Part shown: positions 38,610 to 49,362 of the stretch, piece after piece
Position numbering within the stretch: the stretch's first letter is position 1
Layout of the letters: every line of letters starts with the position of its first letter
From: an uncultured Bacteroidota bacterium
GTDB taxonomy: Bacteria; Bacteroidota; Ignavibacteria; UBA10030; UBA6906
NCBI GenBank assembly: GCA_963700635.1
Contig: CAVOYH010000003.1
Span: 384,001-448,000, forward strand
DNA: 64,000 nucleotides
Direction of reading: 5' to 3'
Translations under genes and position numbers: made by a program
The notes under the pieces: model-generated
Database searches by the model: none
What the model was told of the DNA's origin: nothing
Seen by the model: the letters and a program-made list of their open reading frames with translations, nothing else

Positions 38610-39269
38610 TCAGAGTTTGAATTTGACGCCACCACGGAAAAGGAGTACGAGTCCGACATTGGGATCGTTATGAAGATAGATGCCCCGCACATCCGCCTGG
38701 AGCGCAAACCCCCGCGCAAGGTAGTAATCTGCCCCCGCCACTCCGCCGATTGTCAGTCGGGTTGTACCCGGGATGTCATAGTACGTTACGCGCACCGCAT
38801 TGATGACTTCCTTGTTTTCCGCACCGCTGATCCGGGCAAAGCCAATGTCTCCACCAAGATAGGGGGAGAAGCGTGAACGTGCCTGGAAGTAGTTGCGAAT
38901 GGAAAGATAGAGATGGACCAGAGTCTGATCCTGTGCTGGAAGAGGGGCCCCGGGATACCGCTCGAGAAATGTGCCCCGGCGAAAACTGTACAGGGAGGCT
39001 TCAATCCCGACACCAATTTTGAGGTTATCCGTCACACGTAACATCAGACCAAAGCCCATCGCCGGACCACGTTTCCAGAAATCGGTGAACGAGGTGTGTG
39101 TGAGGGGAAGCCCCATACCGCCCCAGACCTCCAGCGTTTTATCACGCGGAACGTACACAGCCCGGCCGGGCGGATCGGGTTTGGAGCTCCCGGTCTGCGC
39201 ATTGCCCACCGTGCAGCTCACGACAAGAATCACCACGGTGCAGGCAAGGACACGTCGGGCTATTTCCAT
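38610..39269 (-). CDS. small outer-membrane beta-barrel protein
   Basis: Signal peptide; FSPYLGGDIG; alternating strands; terminal GVKFKL. Confidence 0.75.
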   Translation of the reverse strand: MEIARRVLACTVVILVVSCTVGNAQTGSSKPDPPGRAVYVPRDKTLEVWGGMGLPLTHTSFTDFWKRGPAMGFGLMLRVTDNLKIGVGIEASLYSFRRGTFLERYPGAPLPAQDQTLVHLYLSIRNYFQARSRFSPYLGGDIGFARISGAENKEVINAVRVTYYDIPGTTRLTIGGVAGADYYLARGFALQADVRGIYLHNDPNVGLVLLFRGGVKFKL

Positions 39270-39742
39270 CCTTTTGCCTCACAGAGCGAACGGATGTGCC
39301 CAAGATGCTTCTCTCCGTGCGCGGCGTACGTTGCCGCTGTGCCCGCAAATGTCACCTCCCCGCGCTCAGGATGCACAGCGGACTTCGTCCACATGGATTC
39401 CGGAACGTTCTCAAGAAAATGTGCCCAGCGTTCATGGAGTCCCATCAGAATCACCAGTGAGTGTTCAATGGGGCCCGACCGGGCATCTGCCTGATTTGCC
39501 CAGACGTCCTGATCATAGGGTTTGATTGTCGGATGATCTTCCGTCATCATAAATTTCATTCTGAGATACGCGTGCATATGCGAATCCGCAAGATGATGGA
39601 TCACCTGTCGTATCGTCCAGCCACCATCCCTGTACGGCGTGTCGAGTTGTGATGTCTCCAGGTGCAGCACGGCATCTCGTATTTGTGCGGGTAAAGCTCG
39701 TATCGCCGCAATCTGCTGTAGTCTAGTCTCTTCCATCGGCAT
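39260..39742 (-). CDS. YfiT/BstA DinB-family thiol transferase
   Basis: LDTPYRDGGWTIRQVIHHLADSH, PYDQD, HGEKHLGHI. Confidence 0.88.
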   Translation of the reverse strand: MPMEETRLQQIAAIRALPAQIRDAVLHLETSQLDTPYRDGGWTIRQVIHHLADSHMHAYLRMKFMMTEDHPTIKPYDQDVWANQADARSGPIEHSLVILMGLHERWAHFLENVPESMWTKSAVHPERGEVTFAGTAATYAAHGEKHLGHIRSLCEAKGWK

Positions 39743-40781
39743 ACCCTTCCTTTCTCATCCGTTCGATCGATCCTTCTTTGTACGTTTCCAGTTCGGCATT
39801 GTCAAACGGCGCGTCCCTTCGGACAAACTCAGGCCGGTAACATTCTGCCGATTCGAACTCCTGCACCCAACCGTGGTTCATTCCGAGCGTGTCAAGAGTG
39901 TCCAGCACCCTGTGGTATTCCCCCGCCCTGATTTTCCTGTCAAGCAGCGGCGTGGTGGGAGCCCGATGTGCCGGATAGTATTGTGCCATAACGCTGACCG
40001 TAACACGCGCCCCGAGCGTCGAGGCGATCCACCGGAGCGTATCACGACTTCCCGCAAGATCGTTGGGAAGAACAAGATGCCTGATAATCAGACCACGCTG
40101 CACAACCCCTTCTTCATCGAGGTGCAGTTCCGGCCCGACCTGCCGGTGCATCTCCTGTACAGCTGCCCTGGCAAATTCAGGATAGTTTTCTACTTTTGAA
40201 TACGTCTGTCCGAACTCCGCCTCCGCATACTTGAGATCGGGTAAATATACGTCTATGATCCCTTCAAGAAGCCGCAGCACTTCGACCGAATCATAGGCAT
40301 TGGTATTGTACACGAGCGGTACACACAAACCCCTATCGGCGGCCAGCACGAGCGCGCGGATGATTTGAGGAACGACATGTGTCGGAGAGACGAATCCGAT
40401 CGAGTGACACCCGCGTACCTGAAGTTCCAGCATGATGTCTGCAAGTCTCCCGATGCTGACCTCATGCGCCTGTTCCGTACGGTGATTCTGACTGATCTGG
40501 TGATTCTGGCAGTAGACGCAGCGTAAATTACAGTTCCCGAAGAAGATGTTCCCGGCTCCGCGCGTCCCCACCAGACCGGGTTCTTCTCCGAAATGTGGTG
40601 CGAATGAAGAAACAACGGGAAGAGATCCTGTGTAACAGCGGGCGCGCTCGTTCCGGTGTCGATTATTGCCGCACAGGAGCGGACACAGCGTGCAGTTGCT
40701 CAGAAACGCATCGAGGACATCGGCGCGGCGGGAAAGTTCTCCGGACTGATGCAGGGCGATATAGGAAGGAACGCGGGTCAC
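39723..40781 (-). CDS. radical SAM protein, PflX family
   Basis: HFGEEP, CNLRCVYCQN, VSPTH, YLPDLKY, IRHLVLP; GTG start near 40781 avoids murI overlap. Confidence 0.88.
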   Translation of the reverse strand: MTRVPSYIALHQSGELSRRADVLDAFLSNCTLCPLLCGNNRHRNERARCYTGSLPVVSSFAPHFGEEPGLVGTRGAGNIFFGNCNLRCVYCQNHQISQNHRTEQAHEVSIGRLADIMLELQVRGCHSIGFVSPTHVVPQIIRALVLAADRGLCVPLVYNTNAYDSVEVLRLLEGIIDVYLPDLKYAEAEFGQTYSKVENYPEFARAAVQEMHRQVGPELHLDEEGVVQRGLIIRHLVLPNDLAGSRDTLRWIASTLGARVTVSVMAQYYPAHRAPTTPLLDRKIRAGEYHRVLDTLDTLGMNHGWVQEFESAECYRPEFVRRDAPFDNAELETYKEGSIERMRKEGYADGRD

Positions 40782-40809
40782 GGGTTTGTAATCTTTAATA
40801 TAGCGAACT

Positions 40810-41652
40810 TCACCCGAGTGGTGCAACCCCTCCACCTTCGCCGGGAACGCGCCGGACTCTCCCCATTGCCTGCCCCAGAAAGCGTTCTCCCACTTCTGCG
40901 AATTTTGCCGGGATATCACTGACAAAGAACTGCAAGTTCGGGCGTTCCGTACTCCGGTTCCGCAGCGTGTGTGTATTCAGGACATGTTCTACCTCAAGTG
41001 CCGTTGCCTCTCCCGAATCAACCAGCGTGATGTCCTGACCAACCGCTGCAACGATCGCGGAGCGTAACACCGGATAATGCGTGCACCCGAGAATCAACGT
41101 GTCAATCCTCTCAAGTGTCAAGGGAAACAGATATTCCTTGGCAACCAATCGCGTGACCTGGTGGTCGATCCATCCCTCTTCGGCGAGCGGGACAAAGAGG
41201 GGACATGCTTTGGAAAACAGCTGCACCCCGGGCGCAATGCCACGAATCGCATGGGTGTACGCCTGGCTGTTGACGGTGGCCTGGGTTCCGATAATGCCGA
41301 TCCTCTTTCTTTTGGATTCCCTTACCGCGGCAACGGCACCCGGTTGAATCACACTCACCACCGGGACACGCGCCAGTTTCTGCACGATATCCAGCGCTAC
41401 CGCCGACACGGTATTACAGGCAATGACCACCATCTTCACATGGTGCCCCATCAGAAACGCGACGTCCTGTGCAGCATATTCTCGCACAACCTGGGGAGAT
41501 TTTGGGCCATAGGGAACGCGGGCCGTGTCGCCAAAATAGACAATATTTTCATTCGGCAGTCGTTTTGTCAGGGCGCGGACGACGGTAAGCCCGCCGATAC
41601 CGCTGTCAAACACACCGATCGGTTGGTCTTCTTTTGCGCTTGGGGGTTTCAT
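40810..41652 (-). CDS. murI: glutamate racemase
   Basis: FDSGIGGLTV, IACNT, LGCTHYP. Confidence 0.97.
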   Translation of the reverse strand: MKPPSAKEDQPIGVFDSGIGGLTVVRALTKRLPNENIVYFGDTARVPYGPKSPQVVREYAAQDVAFLMGHHVKMVVIACNTVSAVALDIVQKLARVPVVSVIQPGAVAAVRESKRKRIGIIGTQATVNSQAYTHAIRGIAPGVQLFSKACPLFVPLAEEGWIDHQVTRLVAKEYLFPLTLERIDTLILGCTHYPVLRSAIVAAVGQDITLVDSGEATALEVEHVLNTHTLRNRSTERPNLQFFVSDIPAKFAEVGERFLGQAMGRVRRVPGEGGGVAPLG

Positions 41653-44294
41653 GCGGGTTCCAGTACTGCTGTGCTCCGGACTGTGGCAAGGATTTGTGCG
41701 CCAATGTGTGCGCGGCGGACGTCGTCAACGACAGGACCACCTGTCCGCTCGTGAACATAGAATGAATCAACGATACCATCCACACGCGTGGCGATTTTTG
41801 CAAACACGATATTCAAGCCAAGCCGGGAGATGGTTTCCGTCACACGGTAGAGGAAGCCAACGGAATCAGGGGCGTAGACATCGATAATCGTATATCCCGG
41901 GGTTTCCTCAAATTCAACATCCGTCCGGATATTGGGGTTCGCAATCGCCCGTGATCGGCGTTTCCATTTTCTGTGGTGTTCGCGGAACAATTGCCCGACC
42001 TCTATCCGTCCGGCAAGAAGCTCTTTCATCTCACGCGCAATCTTATCACATGCCGCCGGTTCCAGTTGCTGATGGGTGAGCGTCGCGCTGACACGAAACC
42101 GGTCGATGATCACCCCATCGTTGCGTGTGAAGATGTTCGCATCAAAGATATTGGCATCGTTTGCGGCAAGAACGGCACAGAAACGTGAGAGCGCATAGGG
42201 TGCATCGCTGGCGATGACCGTCACTTCGGTATGTGCCTCACGATGGGCGAAGAGGGTCGTCACGTTGTTGGCGATTCTCCCGGCGACGATGTGCTCGGCG
42301 ATTTCCACGGGCGAAAACGCCGCCTGGTATGCATCGGTATTCATTCCCTCCAGATGAGCCGCAACTTCATCCGGGGGGATACTCCGCGCCAGGGTCTGGC
42401 TCAGCGTGGCGACTGCCTCCTGATGCCGGGCTTGATGGTAGTGATCGATCTCGGAGCCGCGCAGGTTTCGTTGCAGGACATCCGCCGTGCGGTGATAAAG
42501 ATCGTGCAGCATCGCCGCCTTCCACTCTGTCCAGACCGACGTGTTCACCGCCGAGAGATCGGCATACGTCAGCACATACAGGTAGTCCAGAAGGTCCGGT
42601 GTTTCGAACCGCGCGGCAAATTCCCGGATCGTCGCGGGGTCATGTACGTTGCGCCGGAATGCTGTTTGCTCCATCATGAGATGATGGCGAACCAGAAAGC
42701 CTACGGCCGGAATATGCTCCGGCATTCCAAGATCCTCCAGCACACGACGCGCTAATTCAACCCCCGTCACTTCGTGGTCGGCGACGCCGAGTGGTTTTGC
42801 AATATCATGCAACAAGATCGCCAGAATCATCACCTCGCGCTCCGCGAGCCCGCGGAATGTCTCGCCCAGAGGGCCCTGATTCTGCCCAAGATGTTCTGCA
42901 TTGGCGATGGCAATGAGCGTGTGTTCATCCGCTGTAAAGTAGTGGTAGACATTGTGCTGGAAAAACGAGACAAGGTCGCCGAAGGGGGGAATGAACCAAC
43001 CGAGCAGATCCAGATCATTCATCATGCGCAACACGGATCCGGCACGCCCTGAGCGGAGGATGCGGCGAAATGCAGGCCTCAGGGCCGGCAGGTTCCGCTG
43101 TTCAACGCTGAGGCGTTCGCCTCCGCGGGCGATCGCGCCCAGAACACGGAAGTCCGGTTCAACCCCCCGTTCTGCAATCAGCGCGAGCGCTTCAAAGATG
43201 ACCACCGGATCATCAATGACCCGGACACCCGGCTTCAACGAAACCCGGGCCTCGCCGATCAGGAGCGGCCCGAGAGATGTGGCCAGACCCTCTGTATGAT
43301 GCGCCGCCGGTTCAATCTCTTCCCTGAACCGCTGGCTGAGAAGCCGGTGCACGCTGTGCACCTGCCTCGCGTGGCGATAGTAGGCGGCCATAAAGACTTC
43401 CACCGAACGCAATTCCGCCTGGCCTCCGAAACCGAGAGCGTTTGCCACATCCCGCTGGAGCGCGTACTCCAGCGTATCGTTCAGCACCTCTCTCTGATAG
43501 TGCATTTCATGGCGTGTCCGCAAAAGAAAGCCGAGCGCTTCCCGCAGCTGCGCAACATCGTCGGCATCCAGCTCGTCGCGCTCCTGCAATCGTTCAAGGA
43601 AGATGAGTGTAGCCGGACGATTATCGACCAGCGTGAACATCGAATCGGGATCTGCGCCGCGATGAAGCCAGAATACCATGTGCATGTCCCGCAAACCACC
43701 CGCGCTCTTCTTGATGTTCGGCTCGAGGAGTTTCACCGAAGAACCGAACCGGTCGTGACGTGCCTGCATATCGGCGAAAACACCTCGAAGAAACCACTGA
43801 TCGGGCCCGAAGCCAACCTGCTTGCGCAGAGCCTCCTGGAATCTCCCGGCGATATCCCTGTTTCCGCTCAGGAATCTCCCCTCCAGCATTGCGGTCCAGG
43901 CGTCATGGGATCGACCGTGAAGTTCGAACGCTTCTTCAAGCGTCCGGACGCTGTGACCGACATCCATCCCGGCATCCCAGAGAAGATGGAGAAACCGCTT
44001 CACCGCAGTTTGTACGTCTTGGCTCCTCCTGTGTGGGTCGATCAACACCATGATGTCAATATCAGAGTGCGGACAGAGCTCACCGCGTCCATACCCCCCG
44101 GTGGCAAGAACAGCACAACTCGACTGGAGCGGGGCCGGAACTCCCCTGTCAAACGCCAGGCGGAGGACGGTATCCAGCGCGTGGCTCAGAGACTGGCAGG
44201 TCTCCCATCCATCCGCCCCCGCCCGGTGAGCCAGACGAACTGTCTCACGTCCGGAGAGAAAGAGAGAGCGGATATCGCTGATTTCCGAAGGCAT
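41649..44294 (-). CDS. glnD: [protein-PII] uridylyltransferase
   Basis: GGYGRGELCPHSDIDI, EPNIKKSAGGLRD, HYFTADEH, LLHDIAK, two ACT domains. Confidence 0.93.
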   Translation of the reverse strand: MPSEISDIRSLFLSGRETVRLAHRAGADGWETCQSLSHALDTVLRLAFDRGVPAPLQSSCAVLATGGYGRGELCPHSDIDIMVLIDPHRRSQDVQTAVKRFLHLLWDAGMDVGHSVRTLEEAFELHGRSHDAWTAMLEGRFLSGNRDIAGRFQEALRKQVGFGPDQWFLRGVFADMQARHDRFGSSVKLLEPNIKKSAGGLRDMHMVFWLHRGADPDSMFTLVDNRPATLIFLERLQERDELDADDVAQLREALGFLLRTRHEMHYQREVLNDTLEYALQRDVANALGFGGQAELRSVEVFMAAYYRHARQVHSVHRLLSQRFREEIEPAAHHTEGLATSLGPLLIGEARVSLKPGVRVIDDPVVIFEALALIAERGVEPDFRVLGAIARGGERLSVEQRNLPALRPAFRRILRSGRAGSVLRMMNDLDLLGWFIPPFGDLVSFFQHNVYHYFTADEHTLIAIANAEHLGQNQGPLGETFRGLAEREVMILAILLHDIAKPLGVADHEVTGVELARRVLEDLGMPEHIPAVGFLVRHHLMMEQTAFRRNVHDPATIREFAARFETPDLLDYLYVLTYADLSAVNTSVWTEWKAAMLHDLYHRTADVLQRNLRGSEIDHYHQARHQEAVATLSQTLARSIPPDEVAAHLEGMNTDAYQAAFSPVEIAEHIVAGRIANNVTTLFAHREAHTEVTVIASDAPYALSRFCAVLAANDANIFDANIFTRNDGVIIDRFRVSATLTHQQLEPAACDKIAREMKELLAGRIEVGQLFREHHRKWKRRSRAIANPNIRTDVEFEETPGYTIIDVYAPDSVGFLYRVTETISRLGLNIVFAKIATRVDGIVDSFYVHERTGGPVVDDVRRAHIGAQILATVRSTAVLEPA

Positions 44295-44454
44295 TGGAGA
44301 AGATACCGATTGGAGCGGGGAGATTCAACTGCGGGACGATTCAATCGCCCGCCGATTGCGGAAACAACAGAGTTTACCTATATTCTTTCACATTGGGTTC
44401 TGAGTCAGGAATAGACACAAACCACCATCCATCCATATACCTGTCGAGGCCGCC

Positions 44455-44724
44455 ATGAACCAACCACTCCCCACCGCCCAGCCCAGCACCGAACCATTGA
44501 GCACAAAAGACTGGTTCATCACGCTGCTCATCACCTATATCCCCCTCGTAGGTCTGATCATGTTGTTGGTGTGGGCTTTCGACAGCAGCACAAACCTGAA
44601 CAAAAAGAACTTTGCCAAAGCATCATTGATATGGGTCCTCGTTGGCATCGGCCTTGCCATCATCTTCTTTGTGATTTTCGCGAGCGTGCTGATGGGGGTG
44701 CTGGGATCGATGGAAAGTTACTAA
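44455..44724 (+). CDS. small membrane protein
   Basis: DWFITLLITYIPLVGLIMLLVWAF...KKNFAKA; two hydrophobic segments. Confidence 0.8.
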   Translation: MNQPLPTAQPSTEPLSTKDWFITLLITYIPLVGLIMLLVWAFDSSTNLNKKNFAKASLIWVLVGIGLAIIFFVIFASVLMGVLGSMESY

Positions 44725-44780
44725 GAAGAAACGATCGCTGCAGATCCCGGTGGAATGCGGCGATTTGCACACGCCGCACT

Positions 44781-46145
44781 TTAGGTTTCCTCACCTTCCC
44801 CCTCTTCCAGGGCTTGCTCCAACAGGCGGGGGGGAAGGCTTTTACTCGCTTTGGCTCCCATTTCCTTCAGCTCGGCGGCTCTCCGAATGATATTTCCTCT
44901 CCCTGCGGACAACTTGTTCATGGCGTTGGTATGAGCCTCGCGCGCGGCTTCCAGTTTGTCGCCGACCGCGCCCAGGTCCGCCAAAAATGCCACGAACTTG
45001 TCGTGCAACTCCCCGCTTTTCCGGGCAATCTCCAGCGCATTCCGACTCTGACTTTCCTGACGCCACATGCCTCCGATGGTGCGCAGGGTTGCCAGTAACG
45101 TCGATGTCGTGACAATCACAATATTCCGGTCGAAGGCGTCATTGAACAGCGTGATGTCGTTCTTCATCGCCAGGGAAAATGCCGGTTCCAGGGGAACAAA
45201 CATCAGGACAAAATCCACACTCTGAATGCCGTGAATATTCTGGTACCCCTTCTCACTGAGCATCTTGATGTGGCGGCGTATCGAGTCGACATGCTGGGCA
45301 AGAAACTCCTTCTGAGTGACAGGATCCTCTGCTTTGTTGTATTCTGTGTACGCCGTGAGCGACACTTTCGAATCGATCACCAGATGCTTGTTGTCGGGCA
45401 ACAGGATTACCACGTCAGGTCTCTGTGTCTTCCCTTCCTGCCCCTGCAGGGACTCCTGCACAAGGTAATGCGTCCCTTTAGTGAGGCCGGACCGTTCGAG
45501 AATCTGCTCCAGAATCAATTCACCCCAATCCCCCTGTGTTTTTGACTGCCCTTTGAGAGCCGTCGTCAGATTCGACGCTTCGAGCGTAATCTGCTGGTTC
45601 AGGTCGGTCAGATGCCTGATTTGTTCCGCAAGCGTTGCGCGTTCGCGTGCTTCGCTGGCGTATGTCGTGGAGATCGTCTTCTCGAATTCGCGGATTTTTT
45701 CTTGCAGAGGCGTCAGGAGCGCACCCAGATTGTCTTTGTTCAACTCCGTAAACTTGCGGCTTTTATCCTCCAGAATGTCGTTGGCCAGGTTCTTGAACGC
45801 CGCGGTGAATTGTTCCTGAAGCTCCCGTACCTGATCCTTCTGCTCCAGCAGTTTTGATTCAGTGTTTTTCATCTCCGTCTCTGCCACAGCAAGTGAAGAC
45901 CGGGTCTGGACGAGGGCAACGCGTTCCCGGGAAAGTTCATCCTGAACCCGCCCGATCTGTTCTTCCAACAACGACGATCGCTCCTCAGTCTTGCCCTTCT
46001 CGAGCTGCAGCGAAACGATCTGCGTGCGCAGTGTCTCAACATCCTCCCTGGGGACACCACGATGACGCTCAAACCGGAGCTTCAGAACGAGATACGTCAG
46101 AAGCGCTCCAAAGGCAAAACTGGCGAGAAGAAAAAGAATGTCCAT
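44781..46145 (-). CDS. rmuC: DNA recombination protein RmuC
   Basis: N-terminal TM, coiled coil, QGDWGELIL, RPDVVI, IDSKVSL, DFVLMFVP. Confidence 0.95.
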   Translation of the reverse strand: MDILFLLASFAFGALLTYLVLKLRFERHRGVPREDVETLRTQIVSLQLEKGKTEERSSLLEEQIGRVQDELSRERVALVQTRSSLAVAETEMKNTESKLLEQKDQVRELQEQFTAAFKNLANDILEDKSRKFTELNKDNLGALLTPLQEKIREFEKTISTTYASEARERATLAEQIRHLTDLNQQITLEASNLTTALKGQSKTQGDWGELILEQILERSGLTKGTHYLVQESLQGQEGKTQRPDVVILLPDNKHLVIDSKVSLTAYTEYNKAEDPVTQKEFLAQHVDSIRRHIKMLSEKGYQNIHGIQSVDFVLMFVPLEPAFSLAMKNDITLFNDAFDRNIVIVTTSTLLATLRTIGGMWRQESQSRNALEIARKSGELHDKFVAFLADLGAVGDKLEAAREAHTNAMNKLSAGRGNIIRRAAELKEMGAKASKSLPPRLLEQALEEGEGEET

Positions 46146-46157
46146 GGGGATTTCCGT

Positions 46158-46811
46158 TCACTGTCCGGGAAAACCGAATACGCCCAGCAGCACATCCGCA
46201 AGCGCCCGCACAACCTTACCGATTGGCAGGATATCGATGTGCAGCAGCTGTTCGGCCAGAATGATGGCAAACAACCCGTACGTCCCGTACCGGAAATACC
46301 GGTGGGCATTGGGCGTATCGCCGATGTTCAAAACGCTGAGAAGGACATGCGAGCCATCAAGCGGCGGTACCGGGATGGAGTTGAACACAAACAACCCGAG
46401 ATTGATATAGATTCCGGCAATAAGCGTATTGAGCATCCACCCGTACACGGTATCACCGTCATAGGGGAAGAGGGCAAGGGCAAGGGTGAGTACCGCCGCA
46501 CCGAGAATGCTGAGGCCGAGATTGGAAAGAGGTCCGGCAGAAGCGATGAGCGCGTCATCGCGGCGAGGATTACTGAGCTTCGAACGGTCGATCATCACCG
46601 GCTTGGCCCACCCGAAACCGGCAATCACGATAAACACCAGTCCCAGCATGTCAATGTGGACGAGCGGATTAAGCGACGCTCTCCCCATCAGTTTCGCCGT
46701 GTCATCGCCGAGCCGTGACGCAACATATGCATGCGCAAACTCGTGGATGGTCAGCCCGAGAATGATCCCCGGGAGTAGCAGGAGCATGCTCTCAACACTC
46801 AATAAGCCCAT
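46158..46811 (-). CDS. site-2 protease (M50)
   Basis: HEFAH, AGPLSN, NSIPVPPLDG. Confidence 0.92.
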   Translation of the reverse strand: MGLLSVESMLLLLPGIILGLTIHEFAHAYVASRLGDDTAKLMGRASLNPLVHIDMLGLVFIVIAGFGWAKPVMIDRSKLSNPRRDDALIASAGPLSNLGLSILGAAVLTLALALFPYDGDTVYGWMLNTLIAGIYINLGLFVFNSIPVPPLDGSHVLLSVLNIGDTPNAHRYFRYGTYGLFAIILAEQLLHIDILPIGKVVRALADVLLGVFGFPGQ

Positions 46812-46839
46812 ATCAAGGTTCTTTCCCGCGGAACGGTGT

Positions 46840-49266
46840 TTACATGCGTTTCGACCGCAACACAACTCTTCCCGGACTCACATGATGTTTCTCGCCGTTC
46901 GGGAAAATTGCCTCCACCCATACCCCGCGTGGTGACGTTATCGTCATCTCATACAGCTTTTCGGTTTGTCGCCATTGGACGGCAATGAGTCCGGAAGGGC
47001 TGTTGAACGACGCCAGGGTATACTTCAGAGCGCCGGGACTGGGAGCAACATACACTTTCCGCCAGCCGACACTCCCCGGTTGTTGCCTGATCCCTGCAAG
47101 GTAGGCAAACTGCCATTCCATCAAATGACCGAGCATAAAATGGTTCATGCTGTTTGGTGTGCCGGGACGGGCATCCCAGCTTTCAGGCAGCGTGGTAAAC
47201 CCCTGTTTCACCATGTACCCGTATCCGCCACGCTCTTCACGCGCATACACACGATGGAGAATGTCATTCCGCCCTGCTTCAGCCAGTGTGCGGACGAAGA
47301 ACACCTGAAGCACTTCTCCCACTGTCTGCTGCCATGCACGTTTTTCAAGATCGTCTACGATACCCTTGAGCACTGCCGGACGGTCCTGCTCGGGCACCAG
47401 TCCAACCCAGAGTGCCACGCTGTGTGCCGCCTGGCATGAGCCGTTGTTCCTGACGATCTTGGTGGTGTCATTGTAGAAGTGGCGCTGAAAATCCTTTCGC
47501 ACTTTTTCAAACAGACCTCTGTACCGTTTTGCATCGGCAGGTCGTCTTAAAACGGTTGCCGCATCTGCAACGGTTTTCGCGCCCAGCGCCCAGATGGCGG
47601 TTGCACTGACCTCGTTCGGCGTCCAGCGGGACGGGCCATCACCCATGCCGTGACCGTAGTCATACCAATCGCCGAGGTTGCTCGTGATAATCCCGTCCTT
47701 TGCCAGGGACGACAGATAGTCGATGTACTTCTTCATGCTTTCATAATTGGATTTCAGGACGGATGTGTCGCCATACCATTCATACACATGCCAGGGTATC
47801 AACACACCGGAGATGCCCCATTCGGGCGCTTCGTTCCAGTACCCGTGCGGCGGGATCCCTACAAGGTAGTTCGGACAGTTTGTCGGAATATGCCCGTCCG
47901 GCAGTTGTGTATCCCGCACGTCCCGTGCAATTTTTGCCAGCCAGGTGCGGATGTCGAACCGATAACTCATCGCACGCGCCATGTGCCAGTTTTCTTCCTG
48001 CCAGCCGTTTTTCTCACGATGCGGACAGTCCGTGGCAACGTAGCTCATGTTCGATCGGATCGCCCAGTCAATCATCTGATGTGCGCCATTCTGCAGCGGA
48101 TCGGAACTCATAAATGTTCCGGCCACAGCATTGGCCGCGCGGACATGCACAAGATCCATACTTTTCACAACAGGCAACCCTTCGGGATTGGGATAACCTT
48201 CCGGGACCGCCCCCGTAACTCCAACATACTGGGACCCCACATAGCAGAAAAGAATCTGATGTGACTCCGGTCCCCCGCCGCGCAACGTGTAGTCGTGCCA
48301 GATATCCTTTCCCGTTCCCCATGTATAGGTGAATCGGACCTGCCCGGTGGAGTCCATGTATTCACAAGGCTTAAACCGTATGGTATTGCCCGCATCACCT
48401 TCAACGGTGAATCTCAGAAGCGCAGAGCAATTCTGCGGAAACACATACGTAAACTCTCCTGCCCGTGGGTTCTTTATTTCGGACGGCAGAAAGACCTCGA
48501 AGGCTTTGAGCGGGGGGGCCGCGTATCGTTCTACCACGCCGGGCGGAGGAGGAACGGGCAGTACCGGTTTCCATGACTGATCGTCAAAGCCGGCGGTGTT
48601 CCACCCGGGTTGCACCCGGCGCGCATCATAATCTTCCCCCGCATAAATATGGGAAAACGTCAATGGACTCTCCGACCATTTCCAGGCACTATCGGAGGTG
48701 ACTGTCCGGACTTTGCCGTCGGCCATGGTCAGGCGCGCCTCAAGCCAGAAGAGATAGGGGTGGGCACCGGCGAAATCCGGCATGGCATCGGTCTTGACAT
48801 ACCGATTCGAATCGTTCGCCGCACCGACATACCAGAATGAATTTCCCAGCTGTGCCCCGATCACATTTTCACCTTGTCTCAACTGGGAACTGATGTCAAA
48901 TTCCTGCCAGTAGAGTGTCTTGTTGTACTGCGACCAGGGTTGATTGACGAGTGATTCGCCAACACGTTTGCCGTTCATCGTCAACTCGAAATGGCCGAGG
49001 CCGATTACACGAACCGAACCTGAGAGAGGCCGGTCGGGCAGGGTGAACGATGTGCGAAGTAACGGGCATGGCGTTGCCGGGGAGTTCTGCTCAGCGCCAA
49101 AGGGGATGATCCACTGGCTCCGGTGACTGTCGGACCCGGCACGCGGCACCGCTCGAGCACTCCCGCAGAGTGCCCCGATGCAAACCACAAGCCACAAAAT
49201 GGTACTACAGACCAGGATCTTCCTGTTGAAGCGATTGTACAGTTCAAGCAGATGGGGTAGTTTCAT
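46840..49266 (-). CDS. GH78 alpha-L-rhamnosidase family protein
   Basis: GEDYDAR, TDCPHREKNGW, LGDW, TTLPESW, SMNHFMLG. Confidence 0.9.
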   Translation of the reverse strand: MKLPHLLELYNRFNRKILVCSTILWLVVCIGALCGSARAVPRAGSDSHRSQWIIPFGAEQNSPATPCPLLRTSFTLPDRPLSGSVRVIGLGHFELTMNGKRVGESLVNQPWSQYNKTLYWQEFDISSQLRQGENVIGAQLGNSFWYVGAANDSNRYVKTDAMPDFAGAHPYLFWLEARLTMADGKVRTVTSDSAWKWSESPLTFSHIYAGEDYDARRVQPGWNTAGFDDQSWKPVLPVPPPPGVVERYAAPPLKAFEVFLPSEIKNPRAGEFTYVFPQNCSALLRFTVEGDAGNTIRFKPCEYMDSTGQVRFTYTWGTGKDIWHDYTLRGGGPESHQILFCYVGSQYVGVTGAVPEGYPNPEGLPVVKSMDLVHVRAANAVAGTFMSSDPLQNGAHQMIDWAIRSNMSYVATDCPHREKNGWQEENWHMARAMSYRFDIRTWLAKIARDVRDTQLPDGHIPTNCPNYLVGIPPHGYWNEAPEWGISGVLIPWHVYEWYGDTSVLKSNYESMKKYIDYLSSLAKDGIITSNLGDWYDYGHGMGDGPSRWTPNEVSATAIWALGAKTVADAATVLRRPADAKRYRGLFEKVRKDFQRHFYNDTTKIVRNNGSCQAAHSVALWVGLVPEQDRPAVLKGIVDDLEKRAWQQTVGEVLQVFFVRTLAEAGRNDILHRVYAREERGGYGYMVKQGFTTLPESWDARPGTPNSMNHFMLGHLMEWQFAYLAGIRQQPGSVGWRKVYVAPSPGALKYTLASFNSPSGLIAVQWRQTEKLYEMTITSPRGVWVEAIFPNGEKHHVSPGRVVLRSKRM

Positions 49267-49328
49267 AGACGATACTGATTGCCGGGATTTGGGGAATGGG
49301 ATTCGGACCGAAAGGCACCATAGGGAAC

Positions 49329-49357
49329 AAGATACGCAGTACAATCCGGGGTCGCAA
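49329..49357 (-). promoter_or_regulatory. sigma70-like promoter for GH78
   Basis: Minus strand TTGCGA-17 bp-TATCTT. Confidence 0.45.
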
Positions 49358-49362
49358 CCTTA

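Noticed and set aside
43296-44414. 372-aa plus-strand ORF
   Set aside because: Antisense shadow of glnD with no motifs
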